Shown: positions 40,106 to 48,505 of the stretch, one piece after another
Numbering within the stretch: position 1 is the stretch's first letter
How the letters are laid out: each line of letters starts with the position of its first letter
Assembly (NCBI GenBank): GCA_044224875.1
Contig: JBGAJQ010000041.1
Location: 1 to 48,505 of the forward strand
Source of the DNA: Gemmatimonadaceae bacterium
GTDB lineage: Bacteria; Gemmatimonadota; Gemmatimonadetes; Gemmatimonadales; Gemmatimonadaceae
Direction: 5' to 3'
DNA length: 48,505 bases
The notes under the pieces: generated by a model
What the model saw: only the letters and a program-made list of their open reading frames with translations
The model's database searches: none
What the model was told of the DNA's origin: nothing
Made by a program: the position numbers and the translations under genes

Positions 40106-41082
40106 CGGCGCCGCCTTGGATCAACCACGGGAAGGAGCGCGTCCGCGACCAGGTTCGCGACGATGACCACCGACGCGTACACTATGGTGGCCCCCATGAC
40201 CACCGGATAGTCACGGGCACTGATGGCCGAGAGCATCACCCGGCCCAGCCCAGGCCAAGCGAACACGCTCTCGACAAATACCGATCCGGCAACGACCCCT
40301 GGGAGCGACAGTCCAAGCAAGACGATCATCGTGGGCAGGGCGTTGGCGAGCATGTGGCGACGCAACGTCGACCTCGCCGAAACGCCCTTGGCCAGCGCGG
40401 TGCGAACCCAATCGTCGTGCTCCATGTCCAGCAGGCGCGAACGCCCGTAACGCGCGATCCCTGCGGCGCCCACCACCGTCAAGACGAACACCGGCAGGAT
40501 CGAGTGCCTGAGCAGGTCAGGGAGCTCGGAAACTCCGAAGGACGTGCTTGCCGGGTCCGTGACTCCGAAAGCCGGAAGTCGAGCCCACGCGGGCAGTCCA
40601 GCGCGCACCGCTCCGTACGTGAACACCGACACGAGTGCCAGCGACAGCCAGTAGCTCGGCGAAGCGTACGCCACGACGGTTATTGCCGTCGCGAGTCGAT
40701 CGGCTCGTGTGCGCTTACGCCTGACCTGCCACATCGCCACGGCCAGGCCGATCGCGAACGTGAGTGCGAGCGACGTCGTGCCGAGCCAGAGTGATATGGG
40801 TAGCGCCGCACCCAGGACCGTGCTTACCGGCTGACGCTGGGCGAAACTCTCACCCAGGTCCCCACTGAACACACGACCGACCCAACGCACATATTGTTGG
40901 GCCAAGGGATCATCGAGCCCGAATTCCGCCCGAATTCGCGCGATGTCCGCTGCGCTCGCCGAGGGCGGCACCAGCAGATCCGCTGCATCGCCCGGCGCGG
41001 CACGAACCAACACGAACGTGACGGAGACGACCAGCCAGAACAACACGAGCGCGTCCAGAACGCGCCTGACGAGGTACGGCAC
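40102..41082 (-). CDS. Opp/Dpp-type ABC permease (OppB/DppB-like)
   Basis: PGD, GLD.PL..QY, GDLG.S, RTA.AKG, ESVFAWPGLG, RDYP. Confidence 0.93.
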   Translation of the reverse strand: MPYLVRRVLDALVLFWLVVSVTFVLVRAAPGDAADLLVPPSASAADIARIRAEFGLDDPLAQQYVRWVGRVFSGDLGESFAQRQPVSTVLGAALPISLWLGTTSLALTFAIGLAVAMWQVRRKRTRADRLATAITVVAYASPSYWLSLALVSVFTYGAVRAGLPAWARLPAFGVTDPASTSFGVSELPDLLRHSILPVFVLTVVGAAGIARYGRSRLLDMEHDDWVRTALAKGVSARSTLRRHMLANALPTMIVLLGLSLPGVVAGSVFVESVFAWPGLGRVMLSAISARDYPVVMGATIVYASVVIVANLVADALLPVVDPRRRR

Positions 41083-41091
41083 TCGGTGATA

Positions 41092-42687
41092 ATGCGTTGG
41101 CGTACTCGGACGTCAACGGCTCACTGCGTCCTTTCGCTCGCCGCGCTGGCAGTAGGGTGTGGCAGGGTGGGGGAGCGCGCGTCCACGATCGTTTATGCAA
41201 CGGGCGCCGATCTGGAAGGTGCGAATCCAATCACGACAGTGCATCCGCTCTCCCGACAGGTCCAGCGCTTCGTCTTGCTGGTGACCCTGGTGCAGCTCGA
41301 TTCGCTCCTCAATCCGGTTGCATACGCGGCGAAGAGTTGGACCTGGTCCGATGACCACCGCACGTTGGCGTTCACGCTTCAACAGGAGCTGCGCTGGCAC
41401 GACGGGTCGCCCACGACCGCCCGCGACGTGGCCTTCACCTTTGACGCGGCGCGCGATCCGGCGACCGGCTCGCCGCGCGCGGCCGAGTTGGCCTTGGTCG
41501 ACTCCGTGCGCGCATTGTCAGACACCGTCGCGCGGTTCTTCTTTTCGACACCGGTTCCGGTCATTCCCACGGTTTTCGCCGAGCTGGCGCTGGCGCCAGA
41601 GCATATCCTGGGGTCGATTCCCCATGCTGAACTTCGTCGCGCCAGCTACAACACGGCACCTGTCGGAAACGGCCCCTTTCGCTTCGAACGGCGCGACGCC
41701 GGCCGGCGTTGGGTGTTCAGTCGGAACGAAGGGTTTCCCGCCAGCATGGGCGGCCCTCCGCATTTTGAGCGCTTGGTAGTGACGCTGGTCGACGAGCCGA
41801 CCACGAAGTTTGCCGGGTTAGTGGCCGGTGACCTCGACGTCGCGGGGGTGGCGCCAACCATGGCCGCGACGGTAGCGGAGGACCCAGCGTTGCGGGTGCT
41901 CTCGTATCCCGTGCTGTTCTCGAATGCGCTCGTGTTCAACACCGCACGCCCGCCCTTCGATGATGTGCGCGTTCGTCGAGCGATTGATACGTTCGTCGAT
42001 CGAGCCCGAATCGTGGACGTGGCGCTGGCAGGGTATGCTGTGCCGGCGGATGGGCCGGTCCCCGCAAACCATCCCCTCTGGAAAACCGGCACGCGGCTAC
42101 CGCCGTCGGCGGGTGACTCACTGCTCGATGTTGCGGGCTTCGTCCGCGGAGCAGACGGGATGCGGCGGCGGGAAGGGAAGCCATTCTCGTTTGAGCTGCT
42201 GACCGTCGGGAGTGGTGACAACACGGTCGAGCAGCTGATTCAGGGCGACCTGCGAGCGCACGGCATTGAGCTGCGCGTTCGTCAAATGGACTTCGGAGCC
42301 TTCCTCGCCGCGGCCCGTGCCTCGCCGAAGGACTTCGATGCGCTCGTCACTGGGATACCGGGAGATCTCTCCCTCGCCCACCTCCGAGGCATGTTCGACT
42401 CCGCGCTGCGCGGAGGCGCGATCGATTATGCCGGCTTCCACACGGGGGCACTTGATAGCGCGTTCGCGCGAGTCCGTCGCAGTCGCGATGCGAACGAACT
42501 GCGAACCGCGTGGGGCGATGTGCAGGCGCTTCTTCGCGCCGACGTTCCGGTATCGTGGCTCTATCACTCGCGCGGAGTCCAGGGCATTTCACGATCTCTG
42601 GACGCGGTACAGATGGACTTGCGTGGGGAGATGGTCACCGTCGCGCGCTGGTCCCGTAGCCACGCTTCCGCGGCACGCGCCCCATGA
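41092..42687 (+). CDS. ABC substrate-binding lipoprotein, family 5
   Basis: Lipobox AVGC; RWHDG.P.TA.DVAFT, PVGNGPF, PFDDVRVRRA. Confidence 0.92.
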   Translation: MRWRTRTSTAHCVLSLAALAVGCGRVGERASTIVYATGADLEGANPITTVHPLSRQVQRFVLLVTLVQLDSLLNPVAYAAKSWTWSDDHRTLAFTLQQELRWHDGSPTTARDVAFTFDAARDPATGSPRAAELALVDSVRALSDTVARFFFSTPVPVIPTVFAELALAPEHILGSIPHAELRRASYNTAPVGNGPFRFERRDAGRRWVFSRNEGFPASMGGPPHFERLVVTLVDEPTTKFAGLVAGDLDVAGVAPTMAATVAEDPALRVLSYPVLFSNALVFNTARPPFDDVRVRRAIDTFVDRARIVDVALAGYAVPADGPVPANHPLWKTGTRLPPSAGDSLLDVAGFVRGADGMRRREGKPFSFELLTVGSGDNTVEQLIQGDLRAHGIELRVRQMDFGAFLAAARASPKDFDALVTGIPGDLSLAHLRGMFDSALRGGAIDYAGFHTGALDSAFARVRRSRDANELRTAWGDVQALLRADVPVSWLYHSRGVQGISRSLDAVQMDLRGEMVTVARWSRSHASAARAP

Positions 42688-45407
42688 CGATGCTGCTGAC
42701 GGCGGACGCCATGCGCGCCCGGACAGCCGTTGCGCTGGGGCCGCTGCATGCGCTGGCCACGTCCCTTCGTGATGATTTGTACCAGGCCATTCCCACGCTC
42801 GACGTCTGGGTGCCTCCGGAGAAAGCCCGGCTGTCACGCTACGGGGGCCGATGCCGCGCGGACGGAGCACTGCTCTCGTTTCGGCCGGACTCGCCGCGGG
42901 CCCACACCTGCCCGGCGTGTGGAGCAGTGTTCCGCGAGGAAGAGGACTACCGCTGGTGGATCATGAACTACCAGTTGTGGCTGGCGGAAAGAGCCGTGCA
43001 TGCCGCCACCCTCGCCGCCGTGCTACAGGAGCCTCGCTGTACGTCAATCGCACGCGCCATCCTCACTGCCTGCACCGAGCAGTACCTCACCTATCCCAAC
43101 AATGACAACGTCCTTGGGCCTACACGCCCGTTCTTCAGCACATACCTGGAGTCGATCTGGCTCCTGCAGCTGACGGTTGCACTGGACCTGATAGAGTGGC
43201 ACACACCGGACCGGGCCCTGGGCGACCGGGTTCGGGCTGACCTGATAGCCCCAAGCGCCGCACTCATTCAGGCGTACGATGAGCACGAGTCCAATCGGCA
43301 GGTCTGGAACAATGCCGCACTGGCGGCGTCCGCCGTGTTGCTGGACGACCGTCGTCAGCTCCAATCCGCACTGGCCGGCCCCAGCGGTCTGCAACGCCAC
43401 CTGGATCATGCGCTCTTGTCGGACGGCACGTGGTACGAAGGGGAGAACTATCACCTCTTCGCCCATCGCGGGTTGTGGTATGGCGTGCAGATCGCGGAAC
43501 GAGCAGGCCACTCGCTCCCGGCGGCGCTGTTGGAGCGCTTCCAGTCAGGGTTTCGCGCTCCATTCCTCACTGCGCTTCCCGACCTCACCTTCCCGGCTCG
43601 GCGAGACTCGCAATACGGCGTGTCGCTCCGGCAGTGGCGCATCGCCGAATCGTGCGAGCTGGGGCTGGCGCGGCAGCCGGATGACGAGACGCTTCGCAGC
43701 GCCTTGCATGCGTTGTATCATGCGCCGGACGAGCTCCCACTCGGGGACTCCGGTCGTGCGACGTCGACCGCGGAAGCCGAGCGAAACCACCCCGGCGTTC
43801 AACTCTCCCGGTCCCGTCTGGGCTGGAAGTCGCTGCTCTTCGCGAGCAGTGAGCTGCCGCCGCTCGGGCAGGCACAACCACGGACGGTTCTCCTCCCTGC
43901 GCAGGGTCTGGCTGTGTTGAGACGCGAGGAGGGCAACACCTACGTCGCGCTGGACTACGGGCACAGCGGTGACGGGCACGGTCACCCCGACCGCCTGAAC
44001 CTCTGGTTGGTGCGAGGACATCATCGTGTGCTCGAAGACGTTGGGACCGGATCGTACACGGCACCCACGTTGCATTGGTACCGGAGCACGCTGGCGCATA
44101 ACGCACCGCTGATCGACGGGGTGTCACAGGATCGCGTGGATGGCGAACTCCTGCTGTTCGACGACGATCAAGACCTCACGACGGTGTCGGCCGTCGCGCG
44201 CATTGGTGTCGGCGTGTCCGTCACACGCACCCTCCAAGTGTTTCCGGACGCCATGGTCGATACCGTCGAGTGGACGGCGAGCCGCCCCGTACGGTTTGAG
44301 CTGCCGGTTCACGCGCAGGGCGTGGTGTCCGGCGTCAGTCGCTGGCTTCCTGCCACGCTCGGTGGCGGCTCGGCCGCCGAGGACGGTTTTGGCTTCGTGA
44401 CAGCGAGCGAGAGGGCAGACGGCCTGTCGTCCATGGTGCGAATTGAATGCGAAGGGGGAATCATCGCCACCGTTCACGCCGCGGGTCTCGAGTGCTTTCG
44501 AGGGACGTGCCCTGGACCTCCGGGGAAAGCGCCTCGGTCCCTGCTGCTCTGGCGCGCGTTCGGCCAAACGGGACGCATACGTGCCGTATGGAGCTGGCGG
44601 CTGGACCCCGCCGACGTCGCCTTTGCGGACGACACGGTGTCGATTCGCGCCGTGGACCACACGTATCAGGTGCGCACGAGGGACGGTGGATGGGAGGTTG
44701 AGCTGCAACGCGGCGCGGTGCGCCGGCGGGCGCATCACGTTGGCCGTCAGGCATCGCCCGCGCCGCAGCCATCCACACCGCAGAGAATCCGGAAACCCAT
44801 TACGCTCCACGCACGCGCCGGTGGCGGAGAGCGTGTGTCGTTTGAGCTGGGCGAGTCGTCCTACCGGCGCTCCGAGCTCCCGTGGCGTGAGGCCGGTGCA
44901 CCGCGGGCGACCGTAGATGTCCAGGCCGATCTAGCGCACGTCCTGATCGACGTCCTGGTGGAGAAGACATCGCCGTGGTTCTCACCGTCTATCGCCGAGA
45001 ACCCGCTCGACAATGAACATCCCGACACGAACAGCGACGGGTTGCAGCTGTACGTCGGTATCGGCGGCACGCAGGCTGCGTGGCTCCTGGTGCCCGATGT
45101 CGCCTCTCGCACGATGCGCGTGACGCCGCGCGCTGGTCCGGCCAGCGCGGTCCCCATTGTCGCCACCTGGCGGCAGTCGCCTGGGATGTGGGAGGCGCAC
45201 CTCGCCCTATCGCGCGCCGCCCTTGACGACGACGGACACACGGCGTTCGCGTTCAACCTGGTGGTGAACGAGTCGCCGGGCCCCCCACTGCGCGAGCGCC
45301 GGCGCGGCCAATTGGTATTGGCCGGCAATGGAAACGAATGGGTCTACCTTCGTGGCGACCGAGAAGCGGCCGCTAACGCCCTCAATTTCGTCATAGTCGA
45401 TGACTGA
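42684..45407 (+). CDS. Heparinase II/III-like polysaccharide lyase (alginate-lyase-like N-domain), cytoplasmic
   Basis: SNRQVWNNAAL, DGTWYEGENYH, GHGHPD.L, D.GTGSY, ST.AHN; no signal peptide. Confidence 0.82.
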   Translation: MTMLLTADAMRARTAVALGPLHALATSLRDDLYQAIPTLDVWVPPEKARLSRYGGRCRADGALLSFRPDSPRAHTCPACGAVFREEEDYRWWIMNYQLWLAERAVHAATLAAVLQEPRCTSIARAILTACTEQYLTYPNNDNVLGPTRPFFSTYLESIWLLQLTVALDLIEWHTPDRALGDRVRADLIAPSAALIQAYDEHESNRQVWNNAALAASAVLLDDRRQLQSALAGPSGLQRHLDHALLSDGTWYEGENYHLFAHRGLWYGVQIAERAGHSLPAALLERFQSGFRAPFLTALPDLTFPARRDSQYGVSLRQWRIAESCELGLARQPDDETLRSALHALYHAPDELPLGDSGRATSTAEAERNHPGVQLSRSRLGWKSLLFASSELPPLGQAQPRTVLLPAQGLAVLRREEGNTYVALDYGHSGDGHGHPDRLNLWLVRGHHRVLEDVGTGSYTAPTLHWYRSTLAHNAPLIDGVSQDRVDGELLLFDDDQDLTTVSAVARIGVGVSVTRTLQVFPDAMVDTVEWTASRPVRFELPVHAQGVVSGVSRWLPATLGGGSAAEDGFGFVTASERADGLSSMVRIECEGGIIATVHAAGLECFRGTCPGPPGKAPRSLLLWRAFGQTGRIRAVWSWRLDPADVAFADDTVSIRAVDHTYQVRTRDGGWEVELQRGAVRRRAHHVGRQASPAPQPSTPQRIRKPITLHARAGGGERVSFELGESSYRRSELPWREAGAPRATVDVQADLAHVLIDVLVEKTSPWFSPSIAENPLDNEHPDTNSDGLQLYVGIGGTQAAWLLVPDVASRTMRVTPRAGPASAVPIVATWRQSPGMWEAHLALSRAALDDDGHTAFAFNLVVNESPGPPLRERRRGQLVLAGNGNEWVYLRGDREAAANALNFVIVDD

Positions 45408-46170
45408 TTCTGTCCTGCAGCGCGTGCGCATCGTGCTGTTCGAAACCCTCGACCTGGTCAACATCGCCGCGACGGTCCGCGCCATGAAAAATATGGGCGT
45501 GTTGGACCTGCACTTGGTGAGGCCAGCAGAGTTCGACGCGTGGCGCGTGGAAGGCATCGCCCACGACACGTCTGACATCGTGCAGCGCGTGCAGGTACAC
45601 GACTCGCTCGATGCGGCGTTGGCCGACTGCGTTTTTGTGGCCGCCTACACGGCCAGAGGTCGGACCGCCAACTGGGCGCTTAGCACGCCTCGAGAGTCGG
45701 CGGGCACCGTGCTCGATCACGCGGTGGACGGGCCCGTGGCGCTACTCTTCGGCCGCGAGGATCGCGGACTGCCGAACGATGCGCTAGATCGCGCTCACCT
45801 CCACGTCACGATTCCCACCACCGATCACGCGTCGCTGAACCTGGCGCAGGCGGTGATGGTCGCCTTGTACGAACTGCACGTCGCCGCCGGAGATGCCACC
45901 CGCGCCACCAAGCTGCCGCGCAAGCACGCTCCGCCGGCCACCGCAGAGCAACTGGAACGCTACTTTGCCGATGCCGAACGCGCCTTGGAGGCGATCGATT
46001 TCTTCAAGACACGCTTTCGCGAGAACATCATGCGGGCGGTGCGTTCTCTATCCATGCGGGCCGAACCTAACGCGCGCGAACTGGAACTGATGCGCGCGAT
46101 GGTCATTGAGATCGTCAAGAAGCAGGAGCGATTGCGCAAGGAACTCGCTGGTGGGGAGAAACCCTCATGA
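45400..46170 (+). CDS. SPOUT RNA methyltransferase, TrmJ/TrmH family
   Basis: N.AA..RAMKNMG, LLFGREDRGL.N, SLNLAQAV...YE. Confidence 0.92.
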   Translation: MTDSVLQRVRIVLFETLDLVNIAATVRAMKNMGVLDLHLVRPAEFDAWRVEGIAHDTSDIVQRVQVHDSLDAALADCVFVAAYTARGRTANWALSTPRESAGTVLDHAVDGPVALLFGREDRGLPNDALDRAHLHVTIPTTDHASLNLAQAVMVALYELHVAAGDATRATKLPRKHAPPATAEQLERYFADAERALEAIDFFKTRFRENIMRAVRSLSMRAEPNARELELMRAMVIEIVKKQERLRKELAGGEKPS

Positions 46171-46315
46171 CGCGCGTGGATCGAGCGCAACAACCGGAGC
46201 CGCTGGTGCGGTTGCTCGACCCTCATTGGTCGGCGGGACCCGCGGCGTGCCGTGGGTTGCTTTGTCGCGTAGAGCACCGCTGCCCACACCACCCAATTTC
46301 ACCTACCTTCCGCTG

Positions 46316-47656
46316 ATGCCATTCCGACGATTTTTCGGCCGCGGGCAGCAACCGCCGCCGCAGCCAGAGGAAACGCCCGCCGATGACGAGGCGGGAGAAG
46401 ATGAGTCATGGACTGACGACGGAGCCCCCGAGGCAGACGCCCTCGGCGACGACATCGATCGTGACTGGCGCGAACGTGCGTCCGCATTGATCCCTGGCGG
46501 AGCTTCCACCGGCAGCAAGCAACCCGCGGCGATGTATGGGTCGGCCGAGGCGAGCGCCCCCACACACTTTGTGCGGGCGACGGGATGCCATTTGGTGACC
46601 GTCGCCGAGTCGACGCTGATCGACTGCACGATGGCCCTCGGCGCCGTGTCGTTAGGCTATGCGGATGACGCCGTCACTCGCGCCGTGATGGCCGCCGCTG
46701 CCAACGGGCACGTCGCCGGGTTGGCGCACCACTTGGAAGTCGATATCGCCGATCGGCTCTGCGAACTGATCCCTTGCGCGGAACGGGTGCGATTCTTCAA
46801 GAGCGGTGCCGAAGCGACCGCCGCGGCGGTGCGCATTGCCCGCGCCGCCACCGGCCGCACACACGTGGTGGCCTCAGGTTACTTCGGGTGGCACGACTGG
46901 TCGAACACCAGTGCGGGCATTCCGGCGTCCGTGGTTGTCGAGACGTCGCAAGTGCCATTTGATGACTTACCAGCCCTGGAACGCGCCGTGCACGCCGCCG
47001 CTGGCAACCTCGCGGCGATCATTCTCGAACCGATCGTCGAGCGTGAGCCGTCGGAGGCATGGGTGGAAGGAGCGCGCGCGTTGTGCGAGTCCACCGGCGC
47101 CGTCCTCATCTTCGACGAGATGAAAACGGGATTCCGCGTGCGCCCCGGTGGCTATCAGGTGCTCTCGGGCATCACTCCCGATCTGGCGACGTTCGGCAAG
47201 GCCATGGCCAACGGCTATCCGTTGGCGGCTGTCGTGGGGCGCGAGCGCATCATGCAAGCCGCAACCAAGACGTGGATCTCGTCGACCCTGGCGGGCGAGG
47301 GCACGGCACTCGCCGCGGCGGGCGCGGTGCTCGATCGATACGCCGGCGAAGATGACGTCTGCGAGCAACTCGCCGAGATCGGTCGATCGATGCGTTCGTC
47401 GGTCGAATCAGCCATCAAGGCAAGTGGAATTCGCGGCGTGCGCGTTCGTGGGCTGGACCCGATGTGGATGATTCACTTCGAAGATCCTGCGCTCGAGGTC
47501 GAATTCCTCGTGCGCGCGGCTCACGAAGGCGTGTTGTTCAAGCGCGGGGCATACAACTACGCGTCGTTGGCGCACGGGGAAGAGGAGGTGCTCGTGGAAA
47601 TCGAGCGCGTGGCAAGTTCGGTTTTCGTGGGCTTGGCCGAGGAGCAGGGCAGGTGA
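46316..47656 (+). CDS. Class III PLP aminotransferase (GSA-aminomutase-like)
   Basis: IPGG, KSGAEAT..A.RIAR, LIFDEMKTGFR, PDLATFGKAMANGYP. Confidence 0.9.
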   Translation: MPFRRFFGRGQQPPPQPEETPADDEAGEDESWTDDGAPEADALGDDIDRDWRERASALIPGGASTGSKQPAAMYGSAEASAPTHFVRATGCHLVTVAESTLIDCTMALGAVSLGYADDAVTRAVMAAAANGHVAGLAHHLEVDIADRLCELIPCAERVRFFKSGAEATAAAVRIARAATGRTHVVASGYFGWHDWSNTSAGIPASVVVETSQVPFDDLPALERAVHAAAGNLAAIILEPIVEREPSEAWVEGARALCESTGAVLIFDEMKTGFRVRPGGYQVLSGITPDLATFGKAMANGYPLAAVVGRERIMQAATKTWISSTLAGEGTALAAAGAVLDRYAGEDDVCEQLAEIGRSMRSSVESAIKASGIRGVRVRGLDPMWMIHFEDPALEVEFLVRAAHEGVLFKRGAYNYASLAHGEEEVLVEIERVASSVFVGLAEEQGR

Positions 47657-48492
47657 CCGCTGCTGTCGATGGGGGCGCCTTGGCCGGTCCTGAACCACTC
47701 ATCGACATACACGCGCACTTTTTTCATGCGGCGAGTCCGCGCGCGGACTGGGCGGCGCTCAATGACGCTCGTCTGCGCGCCGGACGCGCGATCGGTATCA
47801 CCTACCACGTCGCGTCTATCCTTGGCAGTTGGGGACGCACCTCTCCCACCTATTTTCAGTCGCCAGCCGATACCGTGGCCGGGAACGACGCCATGCTGGA
47901 CCTGCAGACGCAACATCCGGCTAACGTTCGATGCTACGTCGCCGTCAATCCGAACGACCGGGGCGCGGCGGTGGCCGAGATCGACCGATGCGTGGCGGCG
48001 GGCGCCATCGGGTTGAAGCTGGCGGCCGCGCGCCGCGCCGATGATGCCGTCGTGCAACCCGTCATCGATCGCGCGCGCACCCATGGTCTTCCGGTGCTCC
48101 ATCACATCTGGCAGCAACGAAAGCGCCACTGGCCATCCCAGGACATCAGCGATGGACGCGACTTGGCGCTGCTGGCGGCACGCAACCCCGACGTGTGGTT
48201 CATCCTGGCACACATTGGCGGTGGCGGCGACTACCAGCACACGTTCGCCGCCGTGCGTGAAGTCCCCAATGTGCTGCTCGACCTGTCGGGAAGCGGCGCG
48301 GATCGCGGTATGCTGGATGCCGCCGCGGCGACGGTCGGTGCGCGGCGCCTGATGTGGGGTGCCGACATTACGCTGGACACAGGGCTGGCAAAGCTCTGGG
48401 CGCTGTAACCTGTCGGCCTCTCGAGCGATGAGTTGGTAGACGTCCGATGGCGTTTCGCGCGCCGTATCTTCCCCGCGCGGGCGTTTCCGTGA
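47653..48492 (+). CDS. Amidohydrolase_2 family protein with an apparent premature TAA at 48406-48408
   Basis: IDIHAH, GAIGLK, PVLHH, AHIGGG, LMWGAD. The frame continues after TAA as PVGLSSDELVDVRWR..RRIFP to TGA 48490-48492. Confidence 0.8.
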
Positions 48493-48505
48493 CTACCGGG
48501 GGTTA

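Larger units (their letters stand above)
1232..46656. repeat. Dispersed iterated motif (R)CCTAACG / CGTTAGG(Y), 30 exact heptamer copies
   Basis: CCTAACG starts at 1232, 5768, 11529, 11642, 14040, 15426, 18525, 21140, 21760, 22936, 24181, 24727, 25701, 26534, 30846, 34297, 39834, 46066. CGTTAGG starts at 2784, 5275, 10461, 11718, 16090, 23776, 29435, 32804, 33128, 33988, 38885, 46650. Hand count. Confidence 0.85.

Noticed and set aside
39841..46065. Long stretches without an exact CCTAACG copy (also 5775-10460 and 34304-38884) as markers of foreign DNA
   Set aside because: With mean spacing of about 1.6 kb and about 30 intervals, a 5-6 kb gap is not improbable by chance.
1232..46656. CRISPR or telomere-like (TTAGG/TTAGGC) repeat interpretation of the motif
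   Set aside because: Copies are 7-8 nt, dispersed and irregularly spaced, never in tandem arrays, and there are no cas genes.

Overview
GC-rich (roughly 65% by eye) bacterial chromosomal segment. Gene content and style suggest Gemmatimonadota (inference only). It holds about 38 protein-coding genes, and I found no rRNA, tRNA, CRISPR array, integrase or transposase. Genes include: aldo/keto reductase, SnoaL plus cupin pair, a GH172 (DUF2961)-HEAT fusion, FIST plus PAS-GGDEF-EAL module, a large uncharacterised Pro/Cys-rich protein, a BNR/VPS10 beta-propeller protein, CsgG-like-SH3 protein, tryptophanase, frameshifted APC permease, MBL-rhodanese, S9 peptidase, diheme cytochrome c, speA, sodA, DedA, GH38, LysM/dodecin, a divergently split Opp/Dpp-type ABC system coupled to a heparinase II/III-like lyase and a TrmJ-like methyltransferase, and a class III aminotransferase plus amidohydrolase. 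The most striking signal is not a gene. The non-palindromic motif (R)CCTAACG / CGTTAGG(Y) occurs 30 times by hand count, on both strands. It appears in several reading frames, uses rare TTA/CTA codons, and contains the stop codon of seven genes. This suggests an uncharacterised, DNA-level iterated signal analogous to uptake sequences or HIP1.
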